Assembly (NCBI GenBank): GCA_963793265.1
Contig: CAWBZI010000002.1
Span: 544,001-608,000 of the forward strand
DNA: 64,000 nt
From: an uncultured cyanobacterium
GTDB lineage: Bacteria > Cyanobacteriota > Cyanobacteriia > Phormidesmidales > Phormidesmidaceae
Direction: 5' to 3'
Positions 1 through 8,331 of the stretch are shown one piece after another; position 1 is the stretch's first letter; each line of letters begins with the position of its first letter. The notes beneath the pieces were generated by a model. The model searched no databases. It was given only the letters and a program-made list of their open reading frames with translations, and was not told where the DNA came from. The position numbers were made by a program, and so were the translations under genes.

Positions 1-46
1 CCGTAACAGGTTCATTATTCGGTTTATCTACCTTGCAAAAGTCTCC

Positions 47-1414
47 ATGAAAGCATCGATTTTTCGGCCTAATTTTCCTTTTTCGCCTGCCAAATTCCCC
101 GTTTTCTACGGCTGGGCCATTCTCGTTGCCAGTGTCTTAGGCGTGATGACAAGCATCCCCGGCCAAACTATCGGCGTGAGCGTTTTTACCGATCGCTTGA
201 TTGAGGCAACCGGGCTCTCACGATTGGCGCTATCAAATGCTTACTTAGTCGGTACGCTCACTAGCGGATGCTTGCTGCCGTTTGGCGGTAAGCTGCTTGA
301 TCGGCTGGGGGCAAGGCGGGTGGTAGTATTGGCCTCTGTGGGACTCGGCCTGACGCTGTGCTATTTAACGGTGTGCGATCGCCTCTCCCTCCTCTTTGCC
401 ACCTTCCTCCCCTTTTCCTCACCCCCTATCGCCGCCGTTCTTCTCGTCCTCGGCTTTGTCAGCCTGCGCTTTTGCGGTCAGGGAATGCTCACCATGACCA
501 GTCGCACCATGCTCGGCAAATGGTTTGAGCGCAATCGTGGTCGGGTGTCTGGGATTGAAGGAATTTTTGTGGCGTTTGGATTTTCGATTGCGCCTAAGTT
601 TTTTAGCTGGGCGATCGCACTTGTCGGCTGGCGAGCCACCTGGCTCACGCTAGCGGCAATTGTGGGCTTAGGCATGAGCACTATCGGCTGGCTGCTGTTT
701 CGCGACAATCCTGAAGTCTGCGGCCTACAAATGGACGGTGATTCAGCGCCTTTTTCAGAAGAGTCTCAAGATGAAGATCCCCACTCGACCGCTCAGCCTG
801 AGCCAGTTAACAAAATGTGGGGCGTGACTCGCAGCCAGGCTATCAAAACCCTCGCTTTTTGGGCGGTGACGCTAGCGTTTGCCGCTCAGGCGCTTTCAAT
901 TACTGGCATTACCTTTCATATTGTCAGCATCGGTGCAGAGTCAGGAATTGCCGAAGCAGATATGGTAAATATTTTTGTGCCGATTGCGCTGGTTTCTACC
1001 GTGGTGGGTTTTGTTGTTGGGCTGGTGTGCGATCGCGTTCGGCTTCAGTTCATTTTTATGTTCATGATGGTGGCTCAAGCGATGGGGATTGCAGCTATTG
1101 CAAACTTAGACATTGCTTGGATGATTGTGCCAGCAACAATCGGTCTTGGCATTAGCGGCGGCTGCTTTGGCACGCTCACAACCGTTGTGCTGCCCCGGTT
1201 TTTTGGTCGGGCGCATTTGGGCGCAATTTCTGGTGTGCAGATGATGATGGTTGTGATTGCCAGTGCGATTGGGCCGTCGCTCTTAGCTAATGTAGAGGCG
1301 GTAACTGGCTCGTATACCGGGGCGCTTTATGGCTGCTGTTTGTTTGCCCCGGTGGTGATTACTTTGATGGTGTTTGTGCGATCGCCCTACCCTATCGCGC
1401 GCAGTAACGCGTAA
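47..1414 (+). CDS. MFS transporter
   Basis: 455 aa with about 12 hydrophobic segments; MFS motif A-like GKLLDRLGARR. Confidence 0.85.
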   Translation: MKASIFRPNFPFSPAKFPVFYGWAILVASVLGVMTSIPGQTIGVSVFTDRLIEATGLSRLALSNAYLVGTLTSGCLLPFGGKLLDRLGARRVVVLASVGLGLTLCYLTVCDRLSLLFATFLPFSSPPIAAVLLVLGFVSLRFCGQGMLTMTSRTMLGKWFERNRGRVSGIEGIFVAFGFSIAPKFFSWAIALVGWRATWLTLAAIVGLGMSTIGWLLFRDNPEVCGLQMDGDSAPFSEESQDEDPHSTAQPEPVNKMWGVTRSQAIKTLAFWAVTLAFAAQALSITGITFHIVSIGAESGIAEADMVNIFVPIALVSTVVGFVVGLVCDRVRLQFIFMFMMVAQAMGIAAIANLDIAWMIVPATIGLGISGGCFGTLTTVVLPRFFGRAHLGAISGVQMMMVVIASAIGPSLLANVEAVTGSYTGALYGCCLFAPVVITLMVFVRSPYPIARSNA

Positions 1415-1446
1415 TTTTTAGTAGCTGGTAAGGCGATCTTATATCT

Positions 1447-2013
1447 CTACGCCGCCCGTTTTACACCCCAGCCTTTAGAAACAGCGAGGCTCATACCCGC
1501 TAGGCCCATCAACAAAGCGCCCGTAGCACCTGGCTCAGGAACAGACTGTGCCGACGCCGCGGTGAGTGAGTAGCTGCTAAAGCGGAAAGCTTCTGCTGTG
1601 CGAATAGGCGTGTCTATATCGAGATAGCCAGCGTCTGCAAAAGATCGCTCGGCTGTGTTGAACAAAGAGAATCCGACCTCGCCACCGCCATCAGCACGCA
1701 AGTCTCCGATTGCAAAAGAAGCAAAGCCACCGTCTAGCGCGAGCGTAGAATCAAAAGCAAGTCCGCTAGGAGAGAACTCAACCGGCATTCCAGCCGTGTT
1801 GGTAAGCGACGAAGACGCCACGTCTGTAATCGATAAGATGTTGCCGTCGCTTGCAAGGTCACCGTTCAGCAGCGCCGAAAAAGTGGTGCCGTCATCAAAC
1901 ATATAAGAGAAGTTGAAAGAAGCGGCCTGTGCGGCGGCGCTATAGAATGCCACTAAGCTTACTGAAGTGCAGCCTACAGCTAGGAGCTTAGCGAGCGATT
2001 TAGATAAGGTCAT
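1447..2013 (-). CDS. PEP-CTERM sorting domain protein
   Basis: Signal peptide from ATG 2013 (MTLSKSLAK...AAAQA); C-terminal VPEP, TM helix and basic tail. The ORF track start (2130) is probably too long. Confidence 0.85.
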   Translation of the reverse strand: MTLSKSLAKLLAVGCTSVSLVAFYSAAAQAASFNFSYMFDDGTTFSALLNGDLASDGNILSITDVASSSLTNTAGMPVEFSPSGLAFDSTLALDGGFASFAIGDLRADGGGEVGFSLFNTAERSFADAGYLDIDTPIRTAEAFRFSSYSLTAASAQSVPEPGATGALLMGLAGMSLAVSKGWGVKRAA

Positions 2014-2418
2014 GTTGTATAGAAATCCTGGATATTGAAAGCGGAATAAAAGATGCATTTGTTTTCGCATCATGCCCGCACTATAATCAATATCTCCTGT
2101 TATAGGCTGGGGGATACGCAGAGATTTCATCGCAAGTTTATGAAACCGGTCTGTGAATACAAGAGATTACGGGAGCTGTGCCCGTAGTGATACGTGGAGT
2201 CTATTGTCTTATTTTAACAGTAGGATATGTAGTGATACGGACAGCCTTGGCTGATGAATAGTCTTTTTTGATACTAATTTTGCACTTTGACTATTGAGAA
2301 ATACTGTAAGGCGCGATCGCAGCCTCTCTTTTCAGCAATTCAAACAGGATACTGAGTTCTGTCCTAAGTAAATTTAGGAAAGCATCCGTTCTTGTACAAA
2401 GCTTTAAACTCGACCAGT

Positions 2419-3267
2419 TTATACCTGTGAGGCAAACCAATCTATTAGCTTGTGAGCAATGCTCAGCTCGCCCGGCACAGGCGGTAGCTCAGTTTTATTA
2501 AACCAGTCAGCAGCTTCAATTTCGGTAGGTTCAGGCGTAATCGTGCCGCTAGCGTATTCAGCCGTAAAACCAACCATCAGAGAATTTGGAAAAGGCCAAG
2601 GCTGAGAGCCAAAGTAGCGAATGTTTTTCACCTCAAGACCCACTTCCTCTTTCACTTCGCGCGCGACTGTTTCTTCTAATGACTCGCCCGGTTCAACAAA
2701 GCCTGCTAGCACGCTATACATGCCGTTGCGAAAGCGAGGAGCCCGAGCGAGTAAAAGCTGTTCTCCTTTATAGACAAGCATAATCACTGCCGGAGACAGG
2801 CGAGGATACTGTCTGAGGTTGCAGTTGGGGCAGCGTTTGGCACGTTCGGTCGGAAGCTGAATAGTCGGTGTGGCACAGTGACCGCAGTATTGATGGGTGC
2901 GATCCCATTCGGTGATTTGAACGGCGCGAGCAGCGATCGTAAACAAATCATCTTTCAGCACACCATGCAGCTTACGCAAAGGTTGAAAATCCGTACCTGG
3001 CGGCAGTATGACCTCTTTAGGTAGCTCAGCGGCGATGCAAGGGTGATTGTTGAGATAGCCTAGAAATTGACTTCTTACAGGTTCAATATCTAGACTTTTT
3101 AAGCGATCGCCCACAGGAATCGAACAATTTCCATCAGAAGTCACAACAAGTAATTCAGAACCACGACAGCAGAACCACCAGGCAGGCAAATCGACTTCAA
3201 CCTGCTGATGAGGTTCGGTCGCCGGAACAAAACTCACAGGAATTGCAAAGGGCTGAGGGAGAATCAA
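2419..3267 (-). CDS. nudC: NAD(H) diphosphatase NudC
   Basis: Zn ribbon CGHC...CPNC, Nudix box GFVEPGESLEETVAREVKEEVG, SQPWPFPNS. Confidence 0.95.
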   Translation of the reverse strand: MILPQPFAIPVSFVPATEPHQQVEVDLPAWWFCCRGSELLVVTSDGNCSIPVGDRLKSLDIEPVRSQFLGYLNNHPCIAAELPKEVILPPGTDFQPLRKLHGVLKDDLFTIAARAVQITEWDRTHQYCGHCATPTIQLPTERAKRCPNCNLRQYPRLSPAVIMLVYKGEQLLLARAPRFRNGMYSVLAGFVEPGESLEETVAREVKEEVGLEVKNIRYFGSQPWPFPNSLMVGFTAEYASGTITPEPTEIEAADWFNKTELPPVPGELSIAHKLIDWFASQV

Positions 3268-3806
3268 TTAAACGCCCTCCAGGTAAGGCTAATGCGCGGC
3301 CCGACACCCTTTTGTTTTTTAATCGCGTGTACCCATTTATCTTGCACGTCTGAGCCCATATAAAGCATCGATCCAGGCTGTAGCATAAACGCTTTTTGAA
3401 TTGTTTTATCTGCCTTAGTCCGATACGTCAGCTTGCGAGGATAACCCAGTGAAACAATCGCCACGCCTGTACCCGGCTGCAAATCGCTCGTATCGTCAGC
3501 GTGAAAACCCATTTTGCTCTGGCCCGTCTCATAAAAGTTGAGCAGGCAGTTGTTGAACTTTACGCCCAGCGTTTTGTATAGCTGATTGACCACAGGAATC
3601 AAAGCCTCGTGCATCGGGACAGCAGGGTAGGTCATTTGAGCGTAATTGTAAGGTACGCCAAAGGAGGCGGTACGACGCGCGGCCATGCTGCCTTCCCATT
3701 TAATTGTTTTACGCAGCGTGTCAAACAGCGTCATCTGATCGGGAATGAAGCCATTGTCTATGCGCAGTTTTAACGGTGGGTGAGCGAGTGGAGCGGTCGA
3801 CGGCAT
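3264..3806 (-). CDS. AlkB-like 2OG-Fe(II) dioxygenase
   Basis: LLNFY..G...MGFHADD, HAIKK, RISLTWR motifs; overlaps the nudC start by 4 bp. Confidence 0.85.
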   Translation of the reverse strand: MPSTAPLAHPPLKLRIDNGFIPDQMTLFDTLRKTIKWEGSMAARRTASFGVPYNYAQMTYPAVPMHEALIPVVNQLYKTLGVKFNNCLLNFYETGQSKMGFHADDTSDLQPGTGVAIVSLGYPRKLTYRTKADKTIQKAFMLQPGSMLYMGSDVQDKWVHAIKKQKGVGPRISLTWRAFN

Positions 3807-3870
3807 GGGGTGATTCTTTGTGAACTCAAGATTATTAGGCGTCCTGAAATGCTATCAGATCGCACTAGCC

Positions 3871-4845
3871 CTACAATCCGGGCGTAGCGATTAGATTAGA
3901 AAGCGTTATTTCCCACACCAGTCGAGGCTGAACGTAGGCCAGTAAGTAGCCTCGGGCTTTTTCTAGCGCCGCAATTGTCTCTTCACCCACAGCGCCCTGC
4001 TGCCAATACCGATGCTGTAAATAGTCCAGCAGCCAAAGCTGAGCTTCGGTATCTAGCGCCTGATTGATATCGCGCGCGATTTCGAGGGCGTCTCGCAACC
4101 GTACCGGAGGCTTGGCGAGCTGAGAAAGTAGCGCTGGCGGTAGTGCCTGTAGCTGCTCCCAGCTTTCGATAGCGCGACCGGGAGAGCCCTGGGCGATCGC
4201 TAACACCTCAGCCGACTGCAAAATCTCATGATGACCCTGCCGCGAAAGCACCTCAACCATCTGCTCACCGTTGAGCCGACGAAAAGGAATCGCCTGACAG
4301 CGAGAAATCAGTGTCGGCAGCAGCGCCTGCTGATCGGGGGCCATCAAAATAACCGAGGCGTTTCCCGGCTCTTCCAAAGTCTTCAGCAGGCCATTAGCCG
4401 CCGCTTCTGCCATTCGCTCGCCCTGCTCAATCACCACGACTGATCTAGGCGACTCTAGCGGCGGACGGCTCAAAAAACGCGCAATATCACGAATTTGAGG
4501 CAGCCGAATGCGGGGTGGGCTTTTACGCTTGAGCCCTGCTGTCGCCGCCTGGCTTGGCGTCAAAAGATTGCCGTTATGGAGGTAGGTAGGCTCTACCCAA
4601 AGGAGATCTGGGTGGTTGCGATCGCGAATCCGCCGCCTCAAAACATCCGCCGCGCCAGCGCCCACAGACCGCAGCAACATTTCAGCAAACCCAGTCGCTG
4701 CCAAAGACTTCCCCGTACCTGCCGGGCCAACAAACAAATATCCCGGCGCAATCCGGTCTAATGCCACTGCGCGTTCTAATAGATGAACGGCCTGCGTTTG
4801 ACCTACCAAATCGGCAAAAGGGCTTAAGGAGATGGAGGATACCAC
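3871..4845 (-). CDS. holB: DNA polymerase III subunit delta'
   Basis: GPAGTGKS, NHPDL, AANGLLKTLEEP, LLPTLISRC; follows tmk. Confidence 0.93.
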   Translation of the reverse strand: MVSSISLSPFADLVGQTQAVHLLERAVALDRIAPGYLFVGPAGTGKSLAATGFAEMLLRSVGAGAADVLRRRIRDRNHPDLLWVEPTYLHNGNLLTPSQAATAGLKRKSPPRIRLPQIRDIARFLSRPPLESPRSVVVIEQGERMAEAAANGLLKTLEEPGNASVILMAPDQQALLPTLISRCQAIPFRRLNGEQMVEVLSRQGHHEILQSAEVLAIAQGSPGRAIESWEQLQALPPALLSQLAKPPVRLRDALEIARDINQALDTEAQLWLLDYLQHRYWQQGAVGEETIAALEKARGYLLAYVQPRLVWEITLSNLIATPGL

Positions 4846-5552
4846 TGGGCGACTCGCTGCTGAAAAACTTGCTGAACGTGAGCGGCCACAACGTCTTCTG
4901 AAAAATGACCGTCAATTTCTACTATAGGCCCGCTGCTGTAGGCATTAACGATGTGGCCCTGCGCAGGTTTCGCTAACTGGGCAAAGCCCTCATGTACCCG
5001 CTGATGAAACGACTGAGCCTGCTGCTCCATCCGATCGGCGCGGGCGCGCTGACGCATTCTATCAAGCCCTACCGCTGCCGAAACGTTTAGCCATAGCGTC
5101 AGGTCGCTGTTGAGCCCGCCAGTCGCGATTTCGTTGAGCTGATGGATTAGCGCCAAATCAAGCTGACGGCCATAGCCCTGGTAGGCCACCGTGGAATCTG
5201 TGTAGCGATCGCACAGCACCCAATACCCTGCTTCTAGCCACGGCCTCAGCGTTTCCTCAACGTGCTGAGCCCGGTCGGCGGCATACAGCAGCAGCTCGGT
5301 TCTGCTAGCGATGGGAGCCTGAGGCGAGGGGCGATCGCTCAGCAGCAATGTTCTAACCTGCGTACCTAAAGCAGTACCGCCCGGTTCGCGCGTAAGCTTT
5401 ATACCGGCAACTTTTCGCTCGGCAATTAGTGTCTGAGTAGGCTTGTGCTCACTTAGCCAAACCTGAAGTCGGTTGATTTGAGTCGTTTTACCACTGCCTT
5501 CGCCACCTTCAAAAACAATCAGCTTCCCCCGCATCGCCTGCTCTTTTTGCAT
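4824..5552 (-). CDS. tmk: Thymidylate kinase
   Basis: FEGGEGSGKTTQ, TREPGG, CDRYTDSTVAYQGYGR. Confidence 0.96.
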   Translation of the reverse strand: MQKEQAMRGKLIVFEGGEGSGKTTQINRLQVWLSEHKPTQTLIAERKVAGIKLTREPGGTALGTQVRTLLLSDRPSPQAPIASRTELLLYAADRAQHVEETLRPWLEAGYWVLCDRYTDSTVAYQGYGRQLDLALIHQLNEIATGGLNSDLTLWLNVSAAVGLDRMRQRARADRMEQQAQSFHQRVHEGFAQLAKPAQGHIVNAYSSGPIVEIDGHFSEDVVAAHVQQVFQQRVAQWYPPSP

Positions 5553-5721
5553 AATTCCTCTAAACCGCGCTGTCTTTGTTTATACTCGCGCTAAAAACGC
5601 CCCCTATTCCCTATTGAGAGAAACAAAGGTATCCTAATCAATGATCCTTGCTAGGATAGCAGGCGTGCATCCGCAGCTTTCATCACACCTGTGTCTAAAT
5701 TTTGTCGCCTCGTAATGCTCT

Positions 5722-6081
5722 ATGGCTCGCTACACCAATTTCTTCATGACCCGTTCTTCGCAAGAAGCAATTAGTCACTCCCTCGTTAGCGCGCTGGAGG
5801 CTTGCGATCTCAATCTGGTCTACCAAGACCCGGTTTGCATTGTGGCCAAAGAGCGGCCTGGGCAGGTATCTTTTGCTCAGCTCGCAACCGTAGAGTTATT
5901 GATTAGCCCGCCCACAATAGAGAGCGGCGGCTCAAAAATTGATTTGGTGGTCAAAAACGAAGAGCTTCCCTTAAGAGCGCAAAACCACTGTAAGGAAGTA
6001 TTCTCACAGATAAACCAGGCTATATCAGACGCTAACGATCCTGAAAAAAACAGCGCACCGAGCGATAGCATTGCCAGTTAG
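5722..6081 (+). CDS. Hypothetical protein (probably cyanobacterial conserved)
   Basis: 119-aa ORF divergent from tmk; no catalytic motif recognised. Confidence 0.7.
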   Translation: MARYTNFFMTRSSQEAISHSLVSALEACDLNLVYQDPVCIVAKERPGQVSFAQLATVELLISPPTIESGGSKIDLVVKNEELPLRAQNHCKEVFSQINQAISDANDPEKNSAPSDSIAS

Positions 6082-6148
6082 ATCAGGTTTGAGTACTCAG
6101 AAGTTTGTTTCTAAAGCTGTACGTCTATAGCTATAGAACTGTTGACAT

Positions 6149-7366
6149 TTGGCTTCGATCAGGCGAGAACGCGATAGGCTAACACAAGCTACAGCAGCGG
6201 CTAAGCAACTTGTAGTAGCGCTGGTTTTTGGAGGATTGTGCGTCGTGTCAAATATCGGTGAGAAATGGCAGCAGCGGATTGCCAAAAAGGGTTCACCGCG
6301 TAACGGTTCAACAGGCCACGGTTCAACAGGCCACGGTTCGGCAGATCATAACGGCGCTCATGATCGTGAGCATCGCGCTCACGATCATGAGCATCGCGCT
6401 CACGATAGCCACGGCCACGATAGCCACGGTCATGCCAATCACGAGCATCCAAACTACAAAAGCTTTTACACCTATCGCGCCGAAGTCAGACGAGTCCTCT
6501 TAATTACGCTAGTGCTCAACGTGCTGGTCGTAGTGCTTAAGCTAGTCGTTGGGAGCTGGACGGGCTCGCTCAGTTTGCTTGCAGACGCGCTCCACAGCAT
6601 TACCGACAGCGCCAATAACGTCTTGGGCTTAGTGACTAACCAACTGGCCTCGCCCGTCCCTGATCGCGACCATCCCTACGGCCATCAAAAGTATGAGGCC
6701 GTTGGTGCGCTCGGAATTGCAGCATTTTTAGGAATTGCCTGCTTTGAAATCTTGAAGGGCGCTGGCGAACGGCTTTTGTATGAAAGCGAGCCGGTACAGA
6801 TGGGCGCTACTTCGCTATGGTTTTTAATCGCGGTGCTGGGCATCAACATTTTCGTCGCCTTCTACGAGCGGCGGGTCGGTACTCGCTTAGGCAGCAACAT
6901 TTTGATTGCCGACGCGCAGCACACGATGAGCGACATCTGGATCACCATCGCGGTGCTGGGCGGCTTGATTGGTGTATGGAGTGGCGTGCAGTGGCTAGAC
7001 GTGGTGCTGGCTTTTCCGGTGGCGCTACTGGTGATTCGCAGTGGGTGGGTGGTGCTGTCGGCAAATTTGCCCTGGCTGGTTGATGAAATGGCGATCGCAC
7101 CCGAGGCCATTCACGCTGAAGTGATGAAAGTGCCCGGCGTTTTGAACTGCCACAGCATCGCCTCACGCGGCCTGTTAGGTCGTCAGGTCTTTATCGACAT
7201 GCACCTAATCGTAGAACCTCAAGATGTACTAGGCGCACACGATATCACCGAGCAAGTAGAACAACAGCTTGAGGCGGAGTTTGGCCCCATTCGAGTGACC
7301 ATTCATATAGAGCCGCATAGCTATGTCGAGAGAGAGATTAGCTACGGGATGAGCGAACACACATGA
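6149..7366 (+). CDS. Cation diffusion facilitator transporter with His-rich N-terminus
   Basis: SLSLLADALHSITD, HPYGHQKYE, ADAQHTMSD, C-terminal IHIEP; true start may be downstream of 6149. Confidence 0.9.
   Translation: MASIRRERDRLTQATAAAKQLVVALVFGGLCVVSNIGEKWQQRIAKKGSPRNGSTGHGSTGHGSADHNGAHDREHRAHDHEHRAHDSHGHDSHGHANHEHPNYKSFYTYRAEVRRVLLITLVLNVLVVVLKLVVGSWTGSLSLLADALHSITDSANNVLGLVTNQLASPVPDRDHPYGHQKYEAVGALGIAAFLGIACFEILKGAGERLLYESEPVQMGATSLWFLIAVLGINIFVAFYERRVGTRLGSNILIADAQHTMSDIWITIAVLGGLIGVWSGVQWLDVVLAFPVALLVIRSGWVVLSANLPWLVDEMAIAPEAIHAEVMKVPGVLNCHSIASRGLLGRQVFIDMHLIVEPQDVLGAHDITEQVEQQLEAEFGPIRVTIHIEPHSYVEREISYGMSEHT
6303..6433 (+). repeat. In-frame tandem repeats encoding His-rich tract
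   Basis: ACGGTTCAACAGGCC x2; a 21-bp unit x2; CACGATAGCCACGG x2. Confidence 0.9.
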
Positions 7367-7881
7367 ATTTACCCACCTGGATTACAGTTTCTCGACTACT
7401 CGGCGTGCCAATTGTTCTAATCGCACTGCTCAATCCAACAGAGTCTCATCGTTGGATCAGCGTCGTCGCCTTTGTTATTTTTGCAGGCACCGACTGGCTC
7501 GACGGCTACTTAGCGCGAAAGCTCAATCAGGTCACCGACTTAGGCAAGTTTTTAGACCCCTTAGTAGACAAGCTGTTAGTGATGGCTCCTTTAATGGCCC
7601 TAGTAGGCTTAGGTGAGATTCCTGCTTGGGGCGTATTTCTGATTTTAGCGAGAGAGCTAACGATCTCGGGCTGGCGGGTAAATCCTGTTTTTCAGCAGGG
7701 GAAAGTGCCGGGCGCTGGAATATGGGGAAAGGCAAAAACAGTGGTACAGATTATTGCGATCGCCCTCTTACTCGCACCTTTAGTCGGCATTTGGCAAACC
7801 GCAGGCATTGTTCTTTTTTGGGTAGCGGTCGCCCTTACTTGGGTATCAGGACTACTATATCTGTTGCCTGCTAAGGCTTAA
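7363..7881 (+). CDS. pgsA: CDP-diacylglycerol--glycerol-3-phosphate 3-phosphatidyltransferase
   Basis: TDWLDGYLARK...GKFLDPLVDK motif. Confidence 0.95.
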   Translation: MNLPTWITVSRLLGVPIVLIALLNPTESHRWISVVAFVIFAGTDWLDGYLARKLNQVTDLGKFLDPLVDKLLVMAPLMALVGLGEIPAWGVFLILARELTISGWRVNPVFQQGKVPGAGIWGKAKTVVQIIAIALLLAPLVGIWQTAGIVLFWVAVALTWVSGLLYLLPAKA

Positions 7882-7961
7882 GTAAAACCTTTCAGCAACG
7901 GGTTCTTAGCAACTACAAGGTTATAATGAAAGAGCACAACCAAGCAACGAGGTCACAACAT

Positions 7962-8222
7962 ATGACCGTCAGGCAACCCCGATACAGTAAAGAGGAATTT
8001 GCTCAACGTGGCGATGCGATATATAAAAACCAAGTGCAGGCTCAAGTAGAAAAAGAAAACCACGGCAAGATTGTAGCGATTGATATTGAAACCGGGGCTT
8101 TTGAAGTTGCAGACGAGATCTTAGCTGCAACCAATCGTTTATTTGAAAGAATCCCAAACGCTCAGCCTTGGATAGTTCGCATTGGGCACCGTGCGGTTCA
8201 TCGCTTTGGCATAACTCTTTAA
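7962..8222 (+). CDS. Small conserved protein of the type usually paired with a clan AA aspartic protease
   Basis: MTVRQPRYSKEEFAQRG...GKIVAIDIETGAFEV...WIVRIG; GAGG upstream of ATG 7962; pairing recalled, not searched. Confidence 0.7.
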   Translation: MTVRQPRYSKEEFAQRGDAIYKNQVQAQVEKENHGKIVAIDIETGAFEVADEILAATNRLFERIPNAQPWIVRIGHRAVHRFGITL

Positions 8223-8226
8223 TCAA

Positions 8227-8298
8227 GATGTTTACGGCTACGACTTGCGAATTCCGGTAGTGGAAGGTGGCAAGGTTGCGATAAAAGCGATTGAGTAG
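8227..8298 (+). pseudogene. C-terminal remnant of a clan AA aspartic protease gene
   Basis: Reads DVYGYDLRIPVVEGGKVAIKAIE*; no N-terminal part or catalytic DTG motif. Confidence 0.6.
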
Positions 8299-8331
8299 GC
8301 ATAGGTAGAAGACTCAACAAACACCATAGTT

